A stretch of DNA of 64,000 nt. Source: Dehalococcoidia bacterium (GTDB lineage: Bacteria > Chloroflexota > Dehalococcoidia > Lucifugimonadales > Australimonadaceae). This document shows positions 16,526-24,411 of this stretch, one piece after another. The stretch is from NCBI GenBank assembly GCA_034422595.1, contig DAOUJO010000007.1:212040-276039 (forward strand). Direction: 5' to 3'. The position numbers were made by a program, and so were the translations under genes. How positions within the stretch are numbered: position 1 is the first letter of the stretch; each line of letters begins with the position of its first letter. The notes below the pieces were generated by a model, which saw nothing but the letters and a program-made list of their open reading frames with translations, was not told the DNA's origin and made no database searches.

Positions 16526-16637
16526 GTCATGCTGAGCGGAGCCGGAGGCGCAGTCGAAACATCTCTCAGGGAAGGCTTGGGGCAAGTAACGCTCCCCGAG
16601 AGATTTCTCGACTCCGCTATGCTCCGCTCGAAATGAC
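16526..16637. repeat. About 112-bp MITE-like long hairpin element
   Basis: Outer arms are GTCATGCTGAGCGGAGC and GCTCCGCTCGAAATGAC. Inner arms are GTCGAAACATCTCTC and GAGAGATTTCTCGAC. It lies in the divergent aldolase/monooxygenase spacer. Confidence 0.7.
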
Positions 16638-16652
16638 ACACGGGGCGTGTGG

Positions 16653-16658
16653 TAGATT
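16653..16658 (+). promoter_or_regulatory. Candidate extended -10 box (TGGTAGATT) upstream of the FAD monooxygenase
   Basis: 31 nt before ATG 16689, immediately after the hairpin element. Confidence 0.35.
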
Positions 16659-16688
16659 GCCGCCGAGAACGTCCGGAGCGAGCGAGGC

Positions 16689-18344
16689 ATGGCTGAGCGC
16701 TACCAGGTGGTCATCGTCGGCGGGGGGCCAGTGGGCGTGGCGCTCGGCGTCGAGCTCGGCATGCGGGGCGTCTCGTGCGCGGTCGTGGAGCGCTTCCCGG
16801 AGCCGCAGCGCATCCCCAAGGGGCAGAACCTCACCGCGCGCACGCTGGAGCACTTCTACTTCTGGGGCATCGTCGACGAGCTGCGCGCCGCCCGCGTGAT
16901 GCCGAACAACTACCCCATCGCCGGTGTCACGGCGTACAAGCACCTGATGAGCGACTACTGGTACCTGCCGCCGGGCCGTGAGACCGTCCGCTCCTTCTAC
17001 TACGAGACGAATGACCGCCTGCCGCAGTACTGCACGGAAGCGGTGCTGCGCAGGAAGATGGCGACGCTCCCCAGCGTGACGGGACTGTTCGGCTGGAACG
17101 TGGAGAGCGTCGAGCAGGACGAGCACGCGGTCCGCGTCGAGATCGTCGAGACGAGCGGCGAGCGGGACGGCTACGCGTGGGGCGGGTTCACCGCCCGGCA
17201 GGGTGAGCCGTTCAGCACGGGCGGGGAGCGGCGCACGCTCGAAGCGGAGTACGTCGTGGGGTGCGACGGCGCGCGGTCGCTGGTGCGGGAGACAGCGGGG
17301 ATAGCGTCGAGCGGCGAGGACTTCGACCAGAAGATGCTGCTGGCGGTATTCAGGTCGCGTGAGCTGCACGAGGCGTTCAGCCGCTTCCCGGAGGTGACGA
17401 CGTACCGCGCGCTCGACCCGGAACTGCAGGGCTACTGGATGTTCTTCGGTCGCGTGGACGTCGGCGAGGGGTGGTTCTTCCACGCGCCGGTGCCGAACGA
17501 CGCCAACCTGGAGGACTACGACTTCCAAGCGCTGCTGGACCGCGCCGCCGGATTCGAATTCAGGGCCGAGTTCGACCACGTCGGGTTCTGGGACCTGCGC
17601 GTCACCGTGGCGGACGCCTACCGCAGCGGTCGGCTGTTCATCGCGGGAGACTCGGCGCACAGCCATCCGCCGTACGGCGGCTTCGGGCTGAACAACGGGC
17701 TGGAGGACATCGTCAATCTCGGCTGGAAGCTGGCGGCGGTGCTGCAGGGTTGGGGCGGCGAATCGTTGCTGGACTCGTACGGGGAAGAGCGGCGGGCCGT
17801 CTTCTGGGAGACGGGGCAGGACTTCATCGCGGCAGGCATCAGGTCGGACCGCGAGTTCCTGGAACGGTACAACCCCGAGCACGACAGGGCGGAGTTCGAG
17901 GAGGCGTGGCAGCGGATAGGACGCGGCACTCGCGTCGGCACCTACGAGCCGAACTACGAGGGCTCACCCGTGGTGTGGGGACCGCCCGGCGGGGTGTGCA
18001 GCGCGCACGGCAGCCACACGTTCACCGCGCGCGCCGGTCACCACCTGCCGCCAAGCATGCTGTCGAACGGTCGCGGCGTCCAGGAGGAGTTCGGCGCGTG
18101 GTTCACGCTGCTGGCGTTCGACGCGCCGGAGGCGGACGTCGCCGGGTTCGAGCGCGCGGCGCGTGAGCAGGGCGTTCCGCTGAAGGTCGTGCGCGACACG
18201 TTCGAGGAGAGCCGCGCGGCGTACGAGTCGCGCCTCATCCTCGTGCGTCCGGACCAGTACGCCGTCTGGTGCGGCGACGGCCTGCCCTCCGGCGTCGACG
18301 CCATGACACTGCTCGCGAGAACCGTCGGGCGGGCCAGCCTGTAA
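16689..18344 (+). CDS. FAD-dependent aromatic-ring monooxygenase (PheA/TfdB/MhpA-like)
   Basis: Dinucleotide fold VVIVGGGPVGVALGVELG. Second FAD motif GRLFIAGDSAHSHPPYGGFGLNNGLEDIVNLGWKL. 551 aa. Confidence 0.85.
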   Translation: MAERYQVVIVGGGPVGVALGVELGMRGVSCAVVERFPEPQRIPKGQNLTARTLEHFYFWGIVDELRAARVMPNNYPIAGVTAYKHLMSDYWYLPPGRETVRSFYYETNDRLPQYCTEAVLRRKMATLPSVTGLFGWNVESVEQDEHAVRVEIVETSGERDGYAWGGFTARQGEPFSTGGERRTLEAEYVVGCDGARSLVRETAGIASSGEDFDQKMLLAVFRSRELHEAFSRFPEVTTYRALDPELQGYWMFFGRVDVGEGWFFHAPVPNDANLEDYDFQALLDRAAGFEFRAEFDHVGFWDLRVTVADAYRSGRLFIAGDSAHSHPPYGGFGLNNGLEDIVNLGWKLAAVLQGWGGESLLDSYGEERRAVFWETGQDFIAAGIRSDREFLERYNPEHDRAEFEEAWQRIGRGTRVGTYEPNYEGSPVVWGPPGGVCSAHGSHTFTARAGHHLPPSMLSNGRGVQEEFGAWFTLLAFDAPEADVAGFERAAREQGVPLKVVRDTFEESRAAYESRLILVRPDQYAVWCGDGLPSGVDAMTLLARTVGRASL

Positions 18345-18379
18345 GCACACCACTGCAGGCAGACGGCCAAACCGACAGG

Positions 18380-18410
18380 AGGGGACGGTTCACGAATCGC
18401 CCCCTTTCTT
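18380..18410 (+). terminator. Hairpin plus T-rich tail after the FAD monooxygenase (also a GRFTNRP-type repeat)
   Basis: AGGGGACG-GTTCACGAAT-CGCCCCCT with one mismatch, followed by TTCTT. Confidence 0.45.
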
Positions 18411-18436
18411 GGTACCGTGTACGGACACCCTCACCC

Positions 18437-18475
18437 GCGCATCGGAGATGCGCACCCTCTCCCTGAGGGAGAGGG
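18437..18475. repeat. Twin hairpin repeat (GCGCATC-GGA-GATGCGC and CCCTCTCCC-TGA-GGGAGAGGG), copy 1
   Basis: Perfect 7-bp and 9-bp stems. The second hairpin is the same family as 62619..62639. Confidence 0.6.
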
Positions 18476-18499
18476 GAGAACGCTTTTCCAGTAGCGCCC

Positions 18500-20020
18500 A
18501 TGGACATCCAGCCCGTCATCATCGCCGTTTTCGCAGCGTACTTCCTCGCGCTGATCGCCATAGCCCTCGTCGGCGCGGTACGGATGCGCGAGATGGCCGA
18601 CTACGTGCTCGCCGGCAGGCGGATGAGCAGCATCACGTCGGCGCTCAGCGCCAGCTCGTCCACGACCAGTGGCTGGACGATGCTCGTCTTCCCGGCCCTG
18701 GCGTTCTCCGAGGGCACCGTGCATCTGTGGACGCTCGTGTCCATCGTGCTGGGCGCGTGGTTCAACTGGACGTTCGTGGCAAGGCGGTTGCGGCGCTACA
18801 CGATAGCAACGGAATCGCTCACGCTCCCGGACTTCTTCGAGAAGCGGTTCGCCGACCGGACGGGCGCGCTGCGGACGGTGGCGTCAGCGCTGACGCTCCT
18901 CTTCATCATGTTCTACGTCAACTCCGGGCTGATCGGCGGCACGAAACTGCTGGGGACGATCTTCGGCGTGGAGCACAACGTCGGCGTGCTGATAACGCTC
19001 GCCGCGGTCACGTCGTACACGTTCATCAGCGGCTTTATGGCCGTTTCTCGCACGGACGTCTTCCAGTCGATAGTGATGCTGTCGTGCTTCATCATCCTGC
19101 CGCTCACGCTCATCTCCACCACCACCTCCCCCTTCAGCGGGGAGGGACAGCCCGCGGGATTCCTCAACCCGTTCACCGGCGCGGGGAACGAGGCCATCAC
19201 CGCCGTATTCGTCCTCTCGACCGCGGGCTGGGGTCTGGGCGCGTTCGGATCGCAGCGCGTGCTGCAGCGCTTCATGGCGATAGAGAACGAGGGGAGAGTC
19301 ACCCAGAGCCGCAACTTCGCCGTCACCTGGATCGTCCTCATCTTCTCGTTCGGGTTCCTGTTCGGCATCGTGGCGCGCCCGGCCCTCATGGAGATGGGCC
19401 TGCTGGGCGGAGAGAGCCTCTTCGACCCGGAGCGCGTCTATTTCGTGGTCTCTGAGGCGTTCTTCAACCCAGTCTTCACCGGCCTGCTGCTCACGGGCGT
19501 GGTCGCCGCCATCATGAGCACGGCGGACTCGCAACTCCTGCTCGGCTCCGCCATCGCCACGGACGACGTTCCGCTCATCAGGCGGCTCGGGCGCCGGCTG
19601 GAGCCCGTACGCGTGCTGTGGGCGTCCGGCAGAGTGTGGCTGGGGCGCACGCTGCTGCTGGTCATCGGCGGTATCGCGGGAGCGCTGGCGATCGCCTGGC
19701 CGGACTCGATAGCGAGCCTGGTCGCCTACGCGTGGGGCGGCATGGGGGCCTCGTTCGGGCCGGTGACCATCCTCGCGCTCTGCTGGCGCAGGTTCAACTT
19801 CCCGGGCGCGCTCGCCGCCATCGTGACGGGAGCGACGACGGTCAGCGTGTTCCAGTTCACCTCGGGCGGTCCGTGGGGGATGTTCGACATGGCCATCGCC
19901 AGCGCGCCCGGCTTCATCCTCGCGTTGCCCGTCGCCGTCGTCGTCACGCTGCTCACTTCGCCGCCTTCCGCCGAGGTCACGGAGCGGTTCGACCGCGTCA
20001 ACGCGGCGCCGGCGGCGTAG
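18500..20020 (+). CDS. Sodium:solute symporter family transporter (PutP-like)
   Basis: 506 aa with about 13 hydrophobic segments. N-terminal layout is typical of SSF/PutP proteins. Confidence 0.75.
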   Translation: MDIQPVIIAVFAAYFLALIAIALVGAVRMREMADYVLAGRRMSSITSALSASSSTTSGWTMLVFPALAFSEGTVHLWTLVSIVLGAWFNWTFVARRLRRYTIATESLTLPDFFEKRFADRTGALRTVASALTLLFIMFYVNSGLIGGTKLLGTIFGVEHNVGVLITLAAVTSYTFISGFMAVSRTDVFQSIVMLSCFIILPLTLISTTTSPFSGEGQPAGFLNPFTGAGNEAITAVFVLSTAGWGLGAFGSQRVLQRFMAIENEGRVTQSRNFAVTWIVLIFSFGFLFGIVARPALMEMGLLGGESLFDPERVYFVVSEAFFNPVFTGLLLTGVVAAIMSTADSQLLLGSAIATDDVPLIRRLGRRLEPVRVLWASGRVWLGRTLLLVIGGIAGALAIAWPDSIASLVAYAWGGMGASFGPVTILALCWRRFNFPGALAAIVTGATTVSVFQFTSGGPWGMFDMAIASAPGFILALPVAVVVTLLTSPPSAEVTERFDRVNAAPAA

Positions 20021-20111
20021 CTGGCTGCCCGGTAGCCGCCAGCCGTCCTCTCCCCTAAACTGCCCCACAGCAGGCGCAGTCCCTGTTCCCCTTACGCACG
20101 AGGAGGGCAAC

Positions 20112-21161
20112 GTGGAATACCGAGAAGTTGGGAATACCGGTGTCCAGGTCTCTGAGATCGGGTTCGGCGGAGGCGGCAACGCAGGGCTGATGGTGCGCGG
20201 CACGCCCGAGCAGCAGCGCGAGGCCGTCGCACGTGCCATCGAGCTGGGCATCAACTACTTCGACCAGTCGCCCGACTACGGCGACGGCGTCTCGGAGGCG
20301 AACCTCGGCCGTTTGATGAAGGAGCTCGCCTTCCGGCCGTACCTCACCACGAAGATCGAGGTGCGCGCCGAGAACCTGGACGACATCGCCGGTCACGTGA
20401 CCCGCTCGCTCGACGAGAGCCTGGAGCGCCTCGGCGTCGACTACGTCGACTTCCTCCAGATACACAACGGTCCGCTCATGGAGCGTCCCGAGCTGTCAGG
20501 ACGCGCCTACGCCCGGCTCTGGATCGAGGACTACCTCAGGCCCGGCGGGGCGCTTGAAGGTCTGCAGCGCGCCCAGAAGAGCGGGAAGGCGCGCTTCATC
20601 GGGTTCATCACGCGGGGCGGCGACGGCGACGCTGCGCGCCAACTCATCGACACCGGCGTCTTCAGCCTGATCAACGTCTCGGTGCACCTGCTCAACCCGT
20701 CGGCCAGCATCAAGCCCGACGGAATGCGCTTCGACGCCGACTGGGACGGCATCCTGGACTATGCGGCAGCGAACGGCGTCGGAGCCGCTATCTACTCTCC
20801 GCTGGCAGGCTGGTTCCTGACCGACAACGCGGCGGAGGGAGGAGCGGCGCACCCCCTCGCCCGGGGGTCGCGCAGCCCGGAGGTTGACGCGGAGGGGCTC
20901 CATTGCGCGCGGGCGCTGAGGTTCCTCTCGCGGAACCTCAGCCCCGACACCCAGGAGGACGACCACAACCTTGCGGAGGCCGCGCTCCGGTTCGTACTCT
21001 CGCTCAACGGAGTGTCGACGGTGCTCGGCGGCTTCTCGGACGCCCACCAGGTCGAGGAGAACGCCGCCTGCTCCGGCAAGGGTCCGCTCTCCGTGCAGAA
21101 CATGAAGCGCATCGAGATGGTCTGGCGCGCTAACTTCGGGCTGGACGCGGCGGGGGAGTAG
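20112..21161 (+). CDS. Aldo/keto reductase
   Basis: GTG start after GAGGAGGG. N-terminus REVGNTGVQVSEIGFGG and YVDFLQIHN are AKR signatures. Confidence 0.8.
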   Translation: MEYREVGNTGVQVSEIGFGGGGNAGLMVRGTPEQQREAVARAIELGINYFDQSPDYGDGVSEANLGRLMKELAFRPYLTTKIEVRAENLDDIAGHVTRSLDESLERLGVDYVDFLQIHNGPLMERPELSGRAYARLWIEDYLRPGGALEGLQRAQKSGKARFIGFITRGGDGDAARQLIDTGVFSLINVSVHLLNPSASIKPDGMRFDADWDGILDYAAANGVGAAIYSPLAGWFLTDNAAEGGAAHPLARGSRSPEVDAEGLHCARALRFLSRNLSPDTQEDDHNLAEAALRFVLSLNGVSTVLGGFSDAHQVEENAACSGKGPLSVQNMKRIEMVWRANFGLDAAGE

Positions 21162-21171
21162 GACGGCCCCA

Positions 21172-21573
21172 CTAGAACGGGTTGAGGACCGGGACGCCCG
21201 TGGGCTCGAAGTGGCGGACGTTCCGGGTCACGACCGTCAGGCCGTGCTCGAGAGCAGTAGCGGCGATGATCAAGTCATCGTTCTGGTGACCAAGCACAGC
21301 GCACAAGCGACCCCAGCGCTTCGCCACAGGGAGGTCGACGGGCAGGATGCGGTCGCCGTACACGGCCAGCACGTCATCCAGCCAGGAGGCCAGAGTAAGC
21401 GCAAAGGCAGGATTACGACGCTCCTGGCGGGTTACCCCTCGCTCCACCTCCGCGATTGACACCACGCTTATGTACAGGTCCGGCATCCGCTGGGCCGACA
21501 TCCATCGTGTCAGGTTGGAGGCGCCCTCGTCTTTTCGCAACACCGAAATCACATCGGTATCAAGGAGGAACAT
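21172..21573 (-). CDS. vapC: PIN-domain type II toxin VapC
   Basis: 133 aa. N-terminal LLDTDVIS (PIN Asp). Its start overlaps the stop of the upstream antitoxin by 1 nt. Confidence 0.85.
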   Translation of the reverse strand: MFLLDTDVISVLRKDEGASNLTRWMSAQRMPDLYISVVSIAEVERGVTRQERRNPAFALTLASWLDDVLAVYGDRILPVDLPVAKRWGRLCAVLGHQNDDLIIAATALEHGLTVVTRNVRHFEPTGVPVLNPF

Positions 21574-21827
21574 CAGAAGTCAAACTCCCGGAGCCTCAGC
21601 GGCAACCGCTCGAACTCCTCGCCGTCCTTGGGGATAGCAAGCAGCATCTCGACGAACGTCGGCGCTGCCGCCTTTCCATTGCGGCGCAGGCGCTCGTAAT
21701 CCTCGACCGCCAGCACGACCACTGCGGGCTTGCCGCGCCGGGTCACGCATTGCGGCGAGCCCGCCAGCGCGGCGTCTACCACCGCGCTGAACCTGTTCTT
21801 GGCGTCCTGCAACTGCCACTCGGTCAT
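21573..21827 (-). CDS. Phd/YefM-type antitoxin (VapB-equivalent)
   Basis: The WQLQDAKNRFSAVVDAAL...PAVVVLAVEDYERL pattern. ATG 21827 is preferred (AGGA 8 nt upstream); the ORF-track start is 21845. Confidence 0.8.
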   Translation of the reverse strand: MTEWQLQDAKNRFSAVVDAALAGSPQCVTRRGKPAVVVLAVEDYERLRRNGKAAAPTFVEMLLAIPKDGEEFERLPLRLREFDF

Positions 21828-21945
21828 GGAACACATCCTGTCCATCTGTTCTGTCTAGATTGTCGTACTGGCCAGTTACGTATGTCAATCACTGCTTCCT
21901 CATCCCCCAGTGCTACACTCCCGCCATCCATAGCCGGAGTAGAAG

Positions 21946-23661
21946 ATGACCGACGCCACACCGACCCGGATGACCATCAGCAAGAGCGAGGCGCGCGCGT
22001 CGCGGGGGATGGTCGCGACGAAGGACGTCCACGCCACGCGGGCCGGTCTGCAGATGCTCGAGAGCGGCGGCAACGCGGTCGACGCTGCGGTCGCGGCGTG
22101 CTTCGCGGTCGGTGTCGTGGAGCCGGAGTCGAGCGGCATCGGCGGAGGCGGCTACCTCGTCTTCCAGATCGGGGACAGGGGCGGCGTCATCGGCTTCCCG
22201 ATGCGCGGGCCGCTCGACGCCAAGCCCGACATGTACGAGCTCACCGGCGAGGCCGCGGTCGGCAACTTCGGCTGGCCCGGCGTCGTCGACAACGAGAACC
22301 TCGACGGGCCGCGGTCGATCGCGACGCCCGGCGCGGTCGCAGGGCTGTGCGAGGCGCACCGGCTGCTCGGCAGGCTGCCGCTGCGCGAGGTGCTTGCGCC
22401 TGCGGTGTCGCTCGCGCGGGACGGCCACTCGCCCGGCTGGGAGAACATCTACTCGTGGGGGCTCCTCTCGCACCGCCTCTTCGCGTTCGAGGAGCTGCGC
22501 CGCATCCTGATGCCCGGCGACCGGCTTCCCGCGGGCGACGCGACCACTCCCTCATTCCTCCGACAGCCGGAGCTGGCCGACGTGCTGGAGGCCGTCGGGC
22601 GCGACGGTCCGCAGGCGTTCTACACCGGCGACGTCGCCAGCGCGCTCCTGTCGAGCATCCGCGACAACGGCGGCATCCTCTCCGAGCGGGACCTCGCGGA
22701 GTACCGCCCGTTCGTATGGGAGAACGAGCTGGAGTTCCCGTACGCCGGTCACACGGTGCGCGTGCCGCCGTTCGCCTGCGCCGGGACGACCTCCGCGATG
22801 ACGCTGCGCCTGCTGGACGGCTTCGACGTGCGTTCGATGGGCCACAACTCGCCTGACGCGCTCCACGCCTACATCTGCAGCGCCCGCCTCGCGTACGCAG
22901 ACCGGTTCGCGTACCTCGCCGACCCCGCGTTCGTCAGCGTGCCGTGGCAGGGCCTCGTCTCCAACGGCTACAGCGATCTGCGGCGCGGCCTGATCGACAT
23001 GCAGCGTCTCAACCCCGCTGAGCCGGGCGATCCGTGGGCGTTCGACGACGGCGCGCCGGGCGAGCGGCTGCCTGCGAGCGCTCCGGCGCTCGACACGGGC
23101 ACGACGCACCTGTGCGTCATCGACGGCGACGGCAACGCGGTGTCGCTCACGAACACGCTCATGGCGGGCTTCGGCTCCGGGTTCGTGCCGAAGGGCACCG
23201 GTGTCGTGATGAACAACGGCATGATGTGGTTCGACCCGGTGCCCGGGCGCGTGAACTCGATCATGCCCGGCAAGTATCCGCTCAACAACATGACCCCTGC
23301 CCTCGTGCTCGACGGGAACAGCGTCCGCATGGCGGTAGGCGCAACCGGCGGGCGGCGGATCACGAACTGCGTCACGCAGCTCATCTCCAAGGTGGTCGAC
23401 TTCGGCATGGGTCCGCAAGAGGCGATAGACGCGCCGCGTGTCGACTGCTCGCAGCCCGCCACGCTCGTCCACCGGGACCTGCCCGCCGGTGTGGCCGCCG
23501 AGCTCGAACGGCGCGGACACCGTATCCAGGTGATCGGTGAAGGCCACGTGCAGGGCGGTTTCGCCAGCTTCGCAAGCCCTGTCGCCATCGTGCGCGACCC
23601 GGACGGCGCCCTCCGCGCAGGCGTGGACACGTTCCACTCCGCGTACGCCGAGGGGCTGTGA
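21946..23661 (+). CDS. ggt: Gamma-glutamyltransferase family protein
   Basis: 571 aa. Autoprocessing/nucleophile region DTGTTHLCVIDGDGNAVSLTNT. Confidence 0.85.
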   Translation: MTDATPTRMTISKSEARASRGMVATKDVHATRAGLQMLESGGNAVDAAVAACFAVGVVEPESSGIGGGGYLVFQIGDRGGVIGFPMRGPLDAKPDMYELTGEAAVGNFGWPGVVDNENLDGPRSIATPGAVAGLCEAHRLLGRLPLREVLAPAVSLARDGHSPGWENIYSWGLLSHRLFAFEELRRILMPGDRLPAGDATTPSFLRQPELADVLEAVGRDGPQAFYTGDVASALLSSIRDNGGILSERDLAEYRPFVWENELEFPYAGHTVRVPPFACAGTTSAMTLRLLDGFDVRSMGHNSPDALHAYICSARLAYADRFAYLADPAFVSVPWQGLVSNGYSDLRRGLIDMQRLNPAEPGDPWAFDDGAPGERLPASAPALDTGTTHLCVIDGDGNAVSLTNTLMAGFGSGFVPKGTGVVMNNGMMWFDPVPGRVNSIMPGKYPLNNMTPALVLDGNSVRMAVGATGGRRITNCVTQLISKVVDFGMGPQEAIDAPRVDCSQPATLVHRDLPAGVAAELERRGHRIQVIGEGHVQGGFASFASPVAIVRDPDGALRAGVDTFHSAYAEGL

Positions 23662-23667
23662 GTACAG

Positions 23668-24393
23668 GTGAACCTCACCGTCATCGTCCCTGCGTTCAAC
23701 GAGGCCGAGTACCTCCCCGCGACGCTGGACGCCATCGAGGCCGCGGCAGGACACCTGCGCCCTCGCTCCGGCGCTGAGGTCGAGACGATCGTCGTCGACA
23801 ACAACAGCACGGACGAGACAGCCGCCATCGCCCGAGGCAAGGGCGCCGCAGTCGTGTACGAGCCAGTGCAGGGCATCGCACGGGCCCGCAATGCCGGAGC
23901 GCGTCACGCCCAGGGCGACGTGCTGGTGTTCGTCGATGCGGACGCCCTCGTGCCCCCTGCCCTCTTCGAGGCCATCCACGAAGCGATGAGCGACCCTGCC
24001 TGCGTGGGCGGCGGCGTGGACGTCGAGTACCGTCCCCAACGACGCGTCATGCGGCTCTACCTGCGCGCATGGCGATCGCTCGCGCGGCGGATGCGGCTGG
24101 TGCAGGGCGCGACGCAGTTCTGCCGCAGAGACGCCTTCGAGCAGATCGGAGGCTACGACGAGCAGGCGTGGATAGGCGAAGACGTGGACTTCTACAGGAG
24201 CATGGAGCGACTCGCCGGGAGCACGGGTGGCACGGTGCGGTTCATCGAGCAGCCGCGCGTCCAGGCATCGTCGCGGCGCTTCGACAGGTGGCCGCAGTGG
24301 AAGACGCTGCTCTGGACGAACCCACTCTTCATCGCGCTGTTCCGGCGACGTAAGGCGTTCTGGGCAGGCTGGTACCGGCGTCCAGTGCGATAG
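23668..24393 (+). CDS. Family 2 glycosyltransferase
   Basis: IVPAFNEAEYLPATLDAI start and a VFVDADA (DxD) motif. Confidence 0.75.
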   Translation: MNLTVIVPAFNEAEYLPATLDAIEAAAGHLRPRSGAEVETIVVDNNSTDETAAIARGKGAAVVYEPVQGIARARNAGARHAQGDVLVFVDADALVPPALFEAIHEAMSDPACVGGGVDVEYRPQRRVMRLYLRAWRSLARRMRLVQGATQFCRRDAFEQIGGYDEQAWIGEDVDFYRSMERLAGSTGGTVRFIEQPRVQASSRRFDRWPQWKTLLWTNPLFIALFRRRKAFWAGWYRRPVR

Positions 24394-24411
24394 AACGCAC
24401 CGCCGGTCTCC

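Noticed and set aside
14988-16690. Long N-terminal extensions of the two aldolase ORFs (starts 15920 and 16690). The same issue arises for 37388..38095, 32665..35286, 31901..33118, 29149..30555, 5959..7587 and 2696..3235.
   Set aside because: The extensions overlap the neighbouring gene or run through intergenic repeats. They are Arg/Pro-rich and lack RBSs. Internal ATG/GTG codons with RBSs give proteins that start where family homology starts.
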